A stretch of DNA of 48,216 nt from a virus (taxonomy: Duplodnaviria > Caudoviricetes). The stretch is taken from IMG/VR virus record IMGVR_UViG_3300037474_000129, positions 1 to 48,216 of that record. One strand, 5' to 3'. The notes beneath the pieces were generated by a model, which did not search any database, had not been told where the DNA came from, and worked only from the letters and a program-made list of their open reading frames with translations. Shown one piece after another: positions 27,315-35,645 of the stretch. Each line of letters starts with the position of its first letter. Within the stretch, counting starts at the first letter, position 1. The translations under genes were made by a program, and so were the position numbers.

Positions 27315-27671
27315 TCAGCGAGACGGTGGACGACTGCACAAATCCACTGGCAGGCCCGCCTTGATAAGTCGTTGGAGCATGTCGGCGCTGCCTCGCGTCC
27401 AGCCGACCATGAACCCCAGCCCGCACGTGGGACGATGGATCTCAAGCATCCGCTGGTTCCGAATCGGCCCAGCTCCCCTGCCCTGGCTCCAGTCCGCTGG
27501 CTCCGCGATGACGGTGAACCCGAGCTCGGTAGCGACGTCTCCGCCGATGGTGTCCGCGCCATGGGCCGCACCGTGAATGACCGTGGTGCCTGACGGAAAC
27601 CGTTCGAGTCGCCGCCGGATGAGGTCGACGTCCGTCCAGTCGCGGGAACCGAAGACGAGGACACGATGCAT
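27315..27671 (-). CDS. DUF2493/YspA-like SLOG family protein
   Basis: RVLVFGSRDW, IHGAAHGAD, ADW..GRGAGPIRNQRML, RGSADM. Confidence 0.85.
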   Translation of the reverse strand: MHRVLVFGSRDWTDVDLIRRRLERFPSGTTVIHGAAHGADTIGGDVATELGFTVIAEPADWSQGRGAGPIRNQRMLEIHRPTCGLGFMVGWTRGSADMLQRLIKAGLPVDLCSRPPSR

Positions 27672-27676
27672 GGTGG

Positions 27677-28297
27677 TCAGCGGTCGATCGTACTCGGAGA
27701 GCGATGAGGTGCCGCCACGGGGACGATGCACTGGCCGTCGTGCTCGTATCCGTCCAGGCAGGGCGGCTTCTGCTTGAGCAGTAGGAAGCAGCCTCCGTTC
27801 ACCACAACGTGGGATTGCTCGCAAGGAACGCGACGCTGACCCTCCAGGGGTTTTTCAGGGACCCTCCCGCTATAATGCAAACTCGGGAAGCTTTGCTGAA
27901 CATCAACAGCGAACGCGGGCACCGCTGCTTCACTTGTCGTCTGCGGAGCGAAAGAACTCGTCTCCTCAACACCCGGCGTCCACACCGCCAGAAGGGCGAT
28001 CGCAGCGGCTGCAGCAGCGAACCCGTAGACGTGAGACGTGCGACTCGTACGGCGGGACGGGAGGGGCATGGGGGCAGGCTCCTGAACAGGAGGCGCGACA
28101 GCGAGCGCCAGGAGCGACTCTACCTCAACCCCCAGGTAGACGGTGGTCGCCGTTGACATCCCCCGGAAGCGGACCGTAAGCGCAACAACACCGTCGTCCT
28201 GGGGATGGGAGTGGAGCACCTCCGCAACGTCGCCCGCGCGGGCGTGCACGACGCCGTCGTCGATGATCGTGTCGGTGGCTCGGACGTGGGAGCTCAC
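27677..28297 (-). CDS. Single-pass membrane protein: SH3-like N-domain plus myxobacterial Ser/Thr-kinase-type Cys-rich C-terminal domain
   Basis: TM FAAAAAAIALLAVW; C-terminal PEKPLEGQRRVPC..VNGGCF..PPC..YEHDGQCIVP; no kinase motifs. Confidence 0.75.
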   Translation of the reverse strand: MSSHVRATDTIIDDGVVHARAGDVAEVLHSHPQDDGVVALTVRFRGMSTATTVYLGVEVESLLALAVAPPVQEPAPMPLPSRRTSRTSHVYGFAAAAAAIALLAVWTPGVEETSSFAPQTTSEAAVPAFAVDVQQSFPSLHYSGRVPEKPLEGQRRVPCEQSHVVVNGGCFLLLKQKPPCLDGYEHDGQCIVPVAAPHRSPSTIDR

Positions 28298-29031
28298 GGG
28301 GACACCCAAGGATCGATATCATGGGCCGTCGTGGTCTGTGGTTCGCCCATCATTCCGGCCGTGATCGTGAATCGGTGGACGACCTTCGGGTGCCGATCAC
28401 AGTTACCGTCTCCGTCGGTGTCCCGCTCGCAGCACGGCGTCGCCTCCTGCGGCGCGTCGCCTTCCAGGACCCAGCGAGCGAATCCATCATCCAAACCGTG
28501 ATCGTCAACGTACGCGCGCAGAGCCTCGGTGTCGGCCAGATTCTTTCGAATGGCGGCAAGGCGGGACTCGGCGGAGTCAGCGCGCCGCGCCTGCTCGCGG
28601 CTCTCCGTCTTCTGCGCCTCAAAGGAGCGAGTCCGCTCCGTCAGCGCCAAGCGCAGGTCGTCATTGCGCGCCTTCAGCCTCTCCACCTCGGACCGAGCGG
28701 CGTCATGCTTCGCTTGGTCGTGTGCCGCCGCTTCCTCGAACTCCGCCACCCTGGCCCGGAGCGACTCAGGATTCTGGGCGTCAGCGACGAGGCGCTCAAC
28801 CGCGGCCCCTACTCGTGGTGGCGCAGCAACTGCCAAGCCACCACGAACCGTCTTAGCGTCCTCCGCCACCTGCCCCGAGGGCTTGAGGCGGGCGAGTTCT
28901 TTCTTGAGCCCGTCGATCTCAACCCAAGACCTGTGGATCTCAAGCACCGCGTCAACGCTGTCCTTGCGTTCCCACACGTTCTTGTTGTTCAAGTCAGCAT
29001 AGCGCTGCTCTGTCATCCGGTGCTCGCTCAT
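28294..29031 (-). CDS. Coiled-coil hypothetical protein
   Basis: Charged heptad-rich ORF, coupled at both ends. Confidence 0.7.
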   Translation of the reverse strand: MSEHRMTEQRYADLNNKNVWERKDSVDAVLEIHRSWVEIDGLKKELARLKPSGQVAEDAKTVRGGLAVAAPPRVGAAVERLVADAQNPESLRARVAEFEEAAAHDQAKHDAARSEVERLKARNDDLRLALTERTRSFEAQKTESREQARRADSAESRLAAIRKNLADTEALRAYVDDHGLDDGFARWVLEGDAPQEATPCCERDTDGDGNCDRHPKVVHRFTITAGMMGEPQTTTAHDIDPWVSP

Positions 29032-30209
29032 CTCGTCCCCTCTTTCTTCATCTCAATCACCTCTCCAGCAGGCGACTCCAGAGACACTGGGATCGCTGCC
29101 AGGTCCTTCTCAGTGAATAGCTCGGGCTTCAGGTGCGCGTATCGCTCAGTCACGACGACGCTGTAGTGCCCGAGGATCTCTTTCAGCTTCTCTATCGAGT
29201 TCCCGTTCATCACCCACTGAGACGCGAAGGTGTGTCGGGTGGCTTGGTACCAGCCGAGTCCTGGACGATCCAGGCGCAGCCGGACCAGCGTCTCGCGGAG
29301 GTAGTTCCCCGGGGTGGAATGCCAGATGAACGTTCCGTCCTTGCGCATCGGGGGGATGACGAGCGCGTCACCCTCCCCTCCCTGACTGAGCTTCCAGGCC
29401 TTCAGGATCGGCAGAAGCGCGTCGAGAACAGGGACGATGCGGGACTCCTTGTCCTTGAGGATCCGCGTCTCGTTCCCCTTCCGTGCGCGCTGCTCCCTCA
29501 CGTGGATCCGCCGGGCCTGAAGGTCCACGCTCCGCCACTTCAGACCGAACACCTCGCCCGTTCGGAGCCCGGCGAGAGCGCCGATCGCGTAAGCCACGTT
29601 GAGCGGTTCGGGGAGATCGAAGTAAATCCGGCGGACATCGGCGAGGCGCTCAATGAACGGTGTCGTCCTGGGATCGTAGGACGGCTTCAGGAGCCTGGAG
29701 ATCCGCTTGGGGAGTCCCCGCGCAGGGTTCTTCGTAGCCAGCCCGTCTTCGATCAGTTCCTCGTAGAGCGACGAGAGAAGCGCCACGTGGATTCTCACCG
29801 TCCCGCTTGAGAGCCCGGTCGCCAGCTGCTCGTCGACGAACCGGCGAATCGTTCCCGTATCGACATCTCCTGGGCGAAGCGCTCCGAATGTTGGCGCGAG
29901 GTGGTTCTTCCACTGGCCAACGTTGATGTCCGCTGCAGCGTGGGTCCTCTTCCGCCGCTCAAGGAACCCTACGGCGTGCTCGCCGAGGGTCCCCGATTCT
30001 TTAGTCGTGATCTGGAGTCCGAACTCGGACGCTGCCCCATCGGCTTGGAGCTTCGCAAGGACTCGCTCCGCGAGCTCGCGGGTGGCCAGTCCACCTCTAT
30101 ACCGGCGCTGTCCGTTCATTCGGACACGTACGGCCCACGTGCCCCCCGCGGTGGACGGAGGGACGACCTCCCCGGAGCCGTACTGCCTCTTTCGCGGGCG
30201 CCTTGCCAT
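29028..30209 (-). CDS. int: Tyrosine integrase
   Basis: Arm-binding N-terminus (YGSGEV), GLRTGE, TRHTFAS, LGHYS, RYAH. Confidence 0.95.
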   Translation of the reverse strand: MARRPRKRQYGSGEVVPPSTAGGTWAVRVRMNGQRRYRGGLATRELAERVLAKLQADGAASEFGLQITTKESGTLGEHAVGFLERRKRTHAAADINVGQWKNHLAPTFGALRPGDVDTGTIRRFVDEQLATGLSSGTVRIHVALLSSLYEELIEDGLATKNPARGLPKRISRLLKPSYDPRTTPFIERLADVRRIYFDLPEPLNVAYAIGALAGLRTGEVFGLKWRSVDLQARRIHVREQRARKGNETRILKDKESRIVPVLDALLPILKAWKLSQGGEGDALVIPPMRKDGTFIWHSTPGNYLRETLVRLRLDRPGLGWYQATRHTFASQWVMNGNSIEKLKEILGHYSVVVTERYAHLKPELFTEKDLAAIPVSLESPAGEVIEMKKEGTR

Positions 30210-30217
30210 AGGTTCTG

Positions 30218-30247
30218 ATTCTACTTGTGATCGGGAATCTGTTGCAA
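30218..30247 (-). promoter_or_regulatory. Putative int promoter at the end of xis, operator variant in spacer
   Basis: TTGCAA-CAGATTCCCGATCACAAG(18)-TAGAAT, 8 nt before the int ATG. Confidence 0.6.
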
Positions 30248-30535
30248 CGAGCCCGCTACGCGCGCGACTTCACTGGGATCGGGGCGATGGAGCGCCGCCA
30301 GGTCCACGAGCCACTTCTTCCCCACACGCGTTGCGGGGATCTCGCCTGCCTCGATCTGACGCAGGACGGTGCGACGATCGAGCTTCAGAAGTTCAGCCGC
30401 CCGAGTCACTCCGACGAGCTGGCGCGGGAGGCTGCGGCGGAGCTGAGCTATCTCTGAAGCGAGCCGGCGGTTCTCAGCGATGAGCGGGGCGAGCTTGGCG
30501 TCGAAGAGCTCGGCGAGGGTGGATTCGAGACTCAC
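30221..30535 (-). CDS. xis: Excisionase-like HTH protein
   Basis: VGVTRAAELLKLDRRTVLRQIEAGEIPATRVGKKWLV; directly upstream of int. Confidence 0.85.
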   Translation of the reverse strand: MSLESTLAELFDAKLAPLIAENRRLASEIAQLRRSLPRQLVGVTRAAELLKLDRRTVLRQIEAGEIPATRVGKKWLVDLAALHRPDPSEVARVAGSLQQIPDHK

Positions 30536-30840
30536 GCGAGAGCCTCGTCGACCGCGACGATGATTTCGCCGAACCGTTGCTCACGTTCAGACTCGGGAAC
30601 CTTAATGCAGAGACGACGGACACGAGCGAGACCGGCCCTCAGCTCGTCCCTCTCCTCCTCGATCTCCTCGACGTCCTGTTCAAGCTGCGTAACCTGATCG
30701 TCGCGGCTCTCGTTCAGCTTCTCCCTCTCCTCATACGCGTCGAGCAGCTCGCGCATCACCCGGGCCGCCTCACCTTGCCCGTTCATCGCGGCTTTGTCGG
30801 CTGCGAGCCGGTAGTTCTGGATATCGTTCTCGGTGATCAT
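30532..30840 (-). CDS. Coiled-coil hypothetical protein
   Basis: Coupled ORF, acidic coiled coil. Confidence 0.65.
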   Translation of the reverse strand: MITENDIQNYRLAADKAAMNGQGEAARVMRELLDAYEEREKLNESRDDQVTQLEQDVEEIEEERDELRAGLARVRRLCIKVPESEREQRFGEIIVAVDEALA

Positions 30841-31406
30841 GCAGTCCTCTGGAGTGTCGGGAGTTCGTTGCCCCACGCGTGCCAGCCATGGACACGCTCG
30901 CGAGCGAAGAGTTCGATCCTGGGGACGTCTCCCATCAGGCGGACGATGCGGTCGCGCACCTCTGGGGGCTTGGCGCTGTGCTCACCGCGTTCGGCAAACA
31001 CCGCTTCCTGGATGAGCGTCTCGTCGAGGACGATTTGAGACACCCCCGCGTCCACACGGTGGGGCCGGCCGCGTGTCGCCAGTAGACACGGCTCGCTGTT
31101 CCCGCGGGTGTAGTGGCCGAGCCCGGTTGCTGGCTTGCCGCTTTTGGTGATTTTCACCCAGTCGAAGGCGCACGTCTTGTATGTGAACCCCCAGGCCTCG
31201 ATCACTAACCGCGCTTCCTTCATCAACGTTGGCCAAGTCGCCCACAAGAAGAGCGCGCAGTTCTCGGCGGCCAACGCTTGGACACGCAGAGCACAGATCT
31301 GCTCGAGCGACATCGTGGGATAGTGGTGCTCAGCCCCCCCTCTGATCGTCCGATTCCGGTACTGCCAGGGGCAGTCAGCATAGATGATCTGAAATCGGCC
31401 GCTCAT
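30837..31406 (-). CDS. MT-A70 family N6-adenine methyltransferase
   Basis: IIYADCPW (DPPW variant), YPTM, LFLWAT, WGF.YKT, GHYTRGNSE, HSAKP, IELFAR, WGNE. Confidence 0.92.
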   Translation of the reverse strand: MSGRFQIIYADCPWQYRNRTIRGGAEHHYPTMSLEQICALRVQALAAENCALFLWATWPTLMKEARLVIEAWGFTYKTCAFDWVKITKSGKPATGLGHYTRGNSEPCLLATRGRPHRVDAGVSQIVLDETLIQEAVFAERGEHSAKPPEVRDRIVRLMGDVPRIELFARERVHGWHAWGNELPTLQRTA

Positions 31407-31627
31407 GAGTCACAGTCCCCGCAGAGCCGCTCGGTGTTCCAGGACTGAACGCGATTGCCCTTCAGGGCCTTGCCACACGACGAGCAGTCCTTCGACAGAG
31501 CGAACTCACTGAGCGGCGTGGCAGCCATGGTGGCGTCCTGCTCAGCAAGGCGCTTGGCAACGATCGCCTTGAGCTCTCGCGACGCCTGGTCCCGGATGCG
31601 CTGCAGGCGTTCGCGTTCGGAAGTCAC
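31403..31627 (-). CDS. Small zinc-ribbon hypothetical protein
   Basis: CSSC...CGDC; coupled. Confidence 0.55.
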   Translation of the reverse strand: MTSERERLQRIRDQASRELKAIVAKRLAEQDATMAATPLSEFALSKDCSSCGKALKGNRVQSWNTERLCGDCDS

Positions 31628-32028
31628 GGCGAACTCCCATGCGAATCGGGAATCGCAGCACGACGCGTTCCGTCGTGAGCACGGACGAACGCGGCCCACA
31701 TCTCATCAGGCAGCGTCCGGTACTCCACCGCGTGACCCAGCTGCTCAGCGTGGTCGATGCCGAGCTTCATCCCGTTCGGGTATCCGAGGTCGACGTAGAC
31801 GACAGTCTTCTGCGCCACGCGGCGGAACTCGAAACCGGCCTCAATCCCCAGGCGGCGCTGCTCTAGAATCGTGTCGTCGAGGACGCCGGGCTGTGTGTAG
31901 AGAGCGTGTGATGCGAACGGAGCCTCGCCTTTGAGCAGACAGTGGCGCATGGCTGCTCGGAGGTAGGCGACATTGCGTTGCACGTCACCCGCGTATGGGG
32001 ATTCGACGATGACGATGGGGCGGTTCAT
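31624..32028 (-). CDS. Hypothetical protein, nucleoside deoxyribosyltransferase-like fold
   Basis: IVESPYAGD, GEAPFASHALYTQ, VYVDLG..GMKLGI. Confidence 0.65.
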   Translation of the reverse strand: MNRPIVIVESPYAGDVQRNVAYLRAAMRHCLLKGEAPFASHALYTQPGVLDDTILEQRRLGIEAGFEFRRVAQKTVVYVDLGYPNGMKLGIDHAEQLGHAVEYRTLPDEMWAAFVRAHDGTRRAAIPDSHGSSP

Positions 32029-32333
32029 GACCGGGTGAGCCTCCGGGCGCGGTTCGCTCGCAGCACTTCAACGGTTTTGTATTTGTCGCACTCCACGGCG
32101 CCCGCGGAGACAGCAACCTTGCGACGCTTCGGATTCAGGTCGTAGTGCGGAAGGTCCTTCGCGTCATGCAGCCAAGCCCGGCGCATGCCAATCCTGGCTG
32201 CGAACTCGTGAAGCTCTTCCAGGTTTTCCGAGTCAGTGAACATGTGGCATGCGCCGTCAGCGAAGACACGCTGCACCTGCGCGGATTTGCCGGTAAGCGG
32301 TTGCTGGATCAGCGTGTCCACGAAGACGGTCAT
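32025..32333 (-). CDS. DUF4031 family protein
   Basis: VFVD, CHMFTD, ELHEFAARIG, PHYDL..R..AV..GA. Confidence 0.85.
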   Translation of the reverse strand: MTVFVDTLIQQPLTGKSAQVQRVFADGACHMFTDSENLEELHEFAARIGMRRAWLHDAKDLPHYDLNPKRRKVAVSAGAVECDKYKTVEVLRANRARRLTRS

Positions 32334-32677
32334 TTCCCGTCCCTCTCAGCGATTGCCTTCCGGAGGTAGCACGCGAGGTCCAGGGCTTCCTCATACGCAT
32401 ACCGCAGCGGGTCGACAGCTGTCGTCACGCGCAACCTGTCTCCGTATCGCTCCACACCGATACGGTCTCGCTCGTGCATGTCCGCGATGACAAGGTCCCA
32501 GATCGCAGGGAGACTGCTCGTCTGAGCCACCCTCTCCGTGAGTGCTCGGGCGGCGTCAGCGTCTGTCCATCGCTCGCCTGTCACCAGCGAGTGGTGCTCG
32601 GTGTGCTCGTTTCCCCAGAATTTTGAACAGCGCCCTCTCGTGCGCGGACCTCCAGCGGTGCACTGATAATCGCTCAC
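32330..32677 (-). CDS. Hypothetical protein with MazG-like all-alpha C-terminal part
   Basis: ERDRIGVERYG...YAYEEALDLACYL. Confidence 0.55.
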   Translation of the reverse strand: MSDYQCTAGGPRTRGRCSKFWGNEHTEHHSLVTGERWTDADAARALTERVAQTSSLPAIWDLVIADMHERDRIGVERYGDRLRVTTAVDPLRYAYEEALDLACYLRKAIAERDGK

Positions 32678-32991
32678 GACATCACCGCGTCATACGCAGC
32701 GAGCAGGGCGTCAGGGTTGTCGGCTCTCGGCGACGGCTGACCGATGCGGTTGAGCAGTTCAGGAACGATCAACCCGGGAACCGCCTCGTTGTACGTGCGA
32801 AATGGCCGAACACCAGACAGCCGGCAGTTCTCAACCATGTGGCGAGCGCAATGGGCCAGCGCTTCATCGGTCAGCTTGGGGATGATCAACTCCATCTCCC
32901 AAGAGTTCCCGCGAAACGCCTGCCATTCGGCGAGTGAGACGGAACCCCGCTCGGCCAACGCTTTCACGTGCGGTCGGATCATCGAATCCAC
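32674..32991 (-). CDS. Hypothetical protein
   Basis: Coupled to the downstream gene; follows the promoter at 33018-33046. Confidence 0.55.
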   Translation of the reverse strand: MDSMIRPHVKALAERGSVSLAEWQAFRGNSWEMELIIPKLTDEALAHCARHMVENCRLSGVRPFRTYNEAVPGLIVPELLNRIGQPSPRADNPDALLAAYDAVMS

Positions 32992-33005
32992 TCGGCACCG
33001 CCTTT

Positions 33006-33046
33006 CCAGATTCCAGATTCATACGCGGAATCTGGATGAATTGCAA
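33006..33046 (-). promoter_or_regulatory. Putative promoter with inverted CAGATTC operators
   Basis: TTGCAA-17-TATGAA on minus strand; CCAGATTCCAGATTC at 33006-33020 (+) and CCAGATTCC (-) in the spacer. Confidence 0.6.
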
Positions 33047-33049
33047 ACG

Positions 33050-35158
33050 CTACTTCGCCGAGCCGTACGTGCGGCCAATGGCCCCGCTCGCGTTTAGCGG
33101 CAGCCCCGCAGCCCACTCTGGCGGACGCTTCATTGCGGCCAGCATCACCCCGAGGCACCGCTCTGCGTCGGCCTCCAGAGGAGCTGTGACGACTTCATCG
33201 TGCGTCAGTGTGACGGGTGGCCATCCGGCCGCGCGAATCCAGAGGGCCTGCTCGGCGACGATGTCCCGCGCGATGGACTGGACAACGTTCTCGGTGAGGA
33301 GTCCGCCGTAGATCTTGCACCACTGCATTCGCCCGTCTTTATAGCCCCAATACCGCCACTCCGTTCCCGATCGTGTCAGCCTCGGGTAATGGAGCACCAA
33401 CCCGGACGGCTTGCGGATCGCCTGGTGCATCACTTCCAGGGGGCCGATTTTCGCCCGAACGACGTCGGGGTCTCCTGGCTCGGCCATCATCTGGATCACG
33501 GCGTCCATCGTCTTCCAGTAGGCGACGATTCTGGGGTTCGTCGAGCGGTACAGCCGAACGAAGTGGTCGGCCACCGCGCAGTGAACCAGGAGCTCGCCGT
33601 ACGGTAGGCGGACACCGCTGGCCACCAACCCGTGAACGACGTCGCCGCAAGTCGCCTTGTTCCAGGGGCGTTGCTCGAACCCGAAGACGTCCACTCCGTA
33701 CTGTCGAGCATGCTCATTCGTGAACTGGACGGGCGGCGCACCAAGCATGCCTTTCAGGAGCTCACCCGAGAACTTCGCCCAGCCCATTCCGAAACCCAGG
33801 CCGAGGACCATGTTCTTCGACACCTGGCGTTCGATCGGGGTGTCCTTCTTCGACAGCCGCTTCCCGAAGAACTGAGAGCCGACATCGCTGTAGAAGTCCC
33901 CATCCTTACTCGCGTCGTTCCGCCTGAACGTCTCGAGCAGCCGGTCCTCCCCCGCGAGCCAGGCCACCACGCGCGCCTCGATCTGCCCGGAGTCGGCCAC
34001 CGCCAGCTGTCGGCCCCCAGGCGCCTCGACCGCATCACGGAGGACTCCGCCGCGGTTCATGTTCTGCCAGTTCGAACCGTCCCCCCCGCTCCAACGGTGT
34101 GTGTGGGCCTTCGCGTAGTTCAGGTAGACGGGCATCGAACCGCGCCGCGCCATCTGGGCGAAACGCTCCGTGCGCGTCTCGACGATCGTGGACTTCACGG
34201 CGAGCCGTGTCTCCGCCAGGGTCCGAATCTCTGGGTCCTCGTGCGCCAGCAACGCCTGCATTCCTGGGTCGTTCTTGGCGAAGGCGTAGATCGTCCCGTT
34301 CTTGCCTTGCTTGGTAGGCGCTTCGATGCCGCGTGCCTGGAGCAGCGCTGCGAACAGGTCACTGCTCGCGAGCTGGGCGCGGACACGTTCGAGCAGGGGT
34401 GCCAGCTCGTGAATCGTCGCATCGTCAGTCGATTCAAGGAGGTGCCCTGGAATCTCTACCCCCGCCGCTCTGGCGACACTGGCCATCGCTTCACGCTTCC
34501 GCTTCCTCTCATCCTCGGTTGCAGCGTCGAGGACAGTGACGTTCCCCCTGAACGTCGGCTCGGTGAACATCCGAACGGTGGCGTCGATCAGCCAGAGCTC
34601 GGCGACCGGGAACGTAGGAACCATCTGCGCGGCGATGCCGAATGTGAGCTCGTCGTCATTCCTGCAGTACTCTCCGAACGTGAGCCACTCCTGCGGGGTG
34701 AAGTCACAGCGCCGCTTGCCCTTCGTCCACTTCAGATCCTCGCCCTTCGCGCCAACCTCGTAGTGCTTGGCGAGGTTCCCTAAGTCGTTCCCCTCTCCGC
34801 CCGGTCCCCCGGGACCGTGGAGCGCTCTGGACATCGACAGCGTGTCGATCCAGAACCCGGGCCGCACGTTGTAGTGGTGGCTGAGGACGAGCCCCTCGAA
34901 ATGGGCGTGCTGCGCGAGAACCCGGACGCGCTGCCACGGCACGCTGCGCGTCCAGGCCCTGAAATCCTGCTCCTCCATCCACACCGAGGGGCGAGCACCG
35001 ACCTTGACACCAACGCCGATCACCTCGAACCGCGAATCCCTGACATAGCCTTCCGTCGTGAGCTTCCGGATGGTGAAGTCCTTGCTGTAGAAGGACTCAA
35101 AGTCGAGGGTGATCAGCGGCTTGGGGATCGGCCCCAGGGCGTCAAGGACGGAGTTCAC
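33050..35158 (-). CDS. polA: Family A DNA polymerase with 3'-5' exonuclease domain
   Basis: LDFES exo I, HTHRWSG, ADSGQIEAR motif A, RQVSKNMVLGLGFG motif B, ENVVQSIARD, THDEV motif C. Confidence 0.95.
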   Translation of the reverse strand: MNSVLDALGPIPKPLITLDFESFYSKDFTIRKLTTEGYVRDSRFEVIGVGVKVGARPSVWMEEQDFRAWTRSVPWQRVRVLAQHAHFEGLVLSHHYNVRPGFWIDTLSMSRALHGPGGPGGEGNDLGNLAKHYEVGAKGEDLKWTKGKRRCDFTPQEWLTFGEYCRNDDELTFGIAAQMVPTFPVAELWLIDATVRMFTEPTFRGNVTVLDAATEDERKRKREAMASVARAAGVEIPGHLLESTDDATIHELAPLLERVRAQLASSDLFAALLQARGIEAPTKQGKNGTIYAFAKNDPGMQALLAHEDPEIRTLAETRLAVKSTIVETRTERFAQMARRGSMPVYLNYAKAHTHRWSGGDGSNWQNMNRGGVLRDAVEAPGGRQLAVADSGQIEARVVAWLAGEDRLLETFRRNDASKDGDFYSDVGSQFFGKRLSKKDTPIERQVSKNMVLGLGFGMGWAKFSGELLKGMLGAPPVQFTNEHARQYGVDVFGFEQRPWNKATCGDVVHGLVASGVRLPYGELLVHCAVADHFVRLYRSTNPRIVAYWKTMDAVIQMMAEPGDPDVVRAKIGPLEVMHQAIRKPSGLVLHYPRLTRSGTEWRYWGYKDGRMQWCKIYGGLLTENVVQSIARDIVAEQALWIRAAGWPPVTLTHDEVVTAPLEADAERCLGVMLAAMKRPPEWAAGLPLNASGAIGRTYGSAK

Positions 35159-35445
35159 GTCCAGCTCCACTCGTTGCTTGAAACGTGCAAGCCGTCGTGG
35201 TCACGCCTACGGATGCACCCACCGAGTTCATTGCGCGATGGACACTGCTCGGAGATGCTTGACCCAACCTCTTCCTTGAAGCCCGGGAGGAACTGGACGC
35301 CGACTGTCGGGACGACGGCGGGCCGCCACACCATCCCGCACGACTGGCACGCGTGGGTGTGATGTTCCTTCGTGGCGAACTCGCCCTCGTCGATGTGGCG
35401 CGCCGCACACGCGGGACACCAAAGCAGCATTGGAATCGGCGTCAT
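35155..35445 (-). CDS. Zinc-binding hypothetical protein
   Basis: CPAC..RHID..HHTHACQSCG; C-terminal CIRRRDHDGLH. Confidence 0.7.
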   Translation of the reverse strand: MTPIPMLLWCPACAARHIDEGEFATKEHHTHACQSCGMVWRPAVVPTVGVQFLPGFKEEVGSSISEQCPSRNELGGCIRRRDHDGLHVSSNEWSWT

Positions 35446-35642
35446 TGGGTGTGCTCACAGTCCCCGCTGCACGTGGCATAGGGGCAAATCTCATACAGGG
35501 GCCGCACTCTGGCGCCCCCTGACCCGACCCGCGGCGCTTGCGGGGCGCACTCGCGACGCCGGTCGTCGTTCCGTCCACCGGACTCAACAGTGTCTGGGGC
35601 CCAATCGTCCCAGACGGATCTAGTGCGCCGTCGCTTCGCCAT
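35442..35642 (-). CDS. Hypothetical protein
   Basis: Fills the gap; ATGA overlap with the downstream gene. Confidence 0.5.
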   Translation of the reverse strand: MAKRRRTRSVWDDWAPDTVESGGRNDDRRRECAPQAPRVGSGGARVRPLYEICPYATCSGDCEHTQ

Positions 35643-35645
35643 GAA

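Noticed and set aside
29221-29260. Inactive integrase, because HxxR appears as YQATR
   Set aside because: Both catalytic Arg, the LGH and the Tyr nucleophile are present, and the first His is known to vary in tyrosine recombinases
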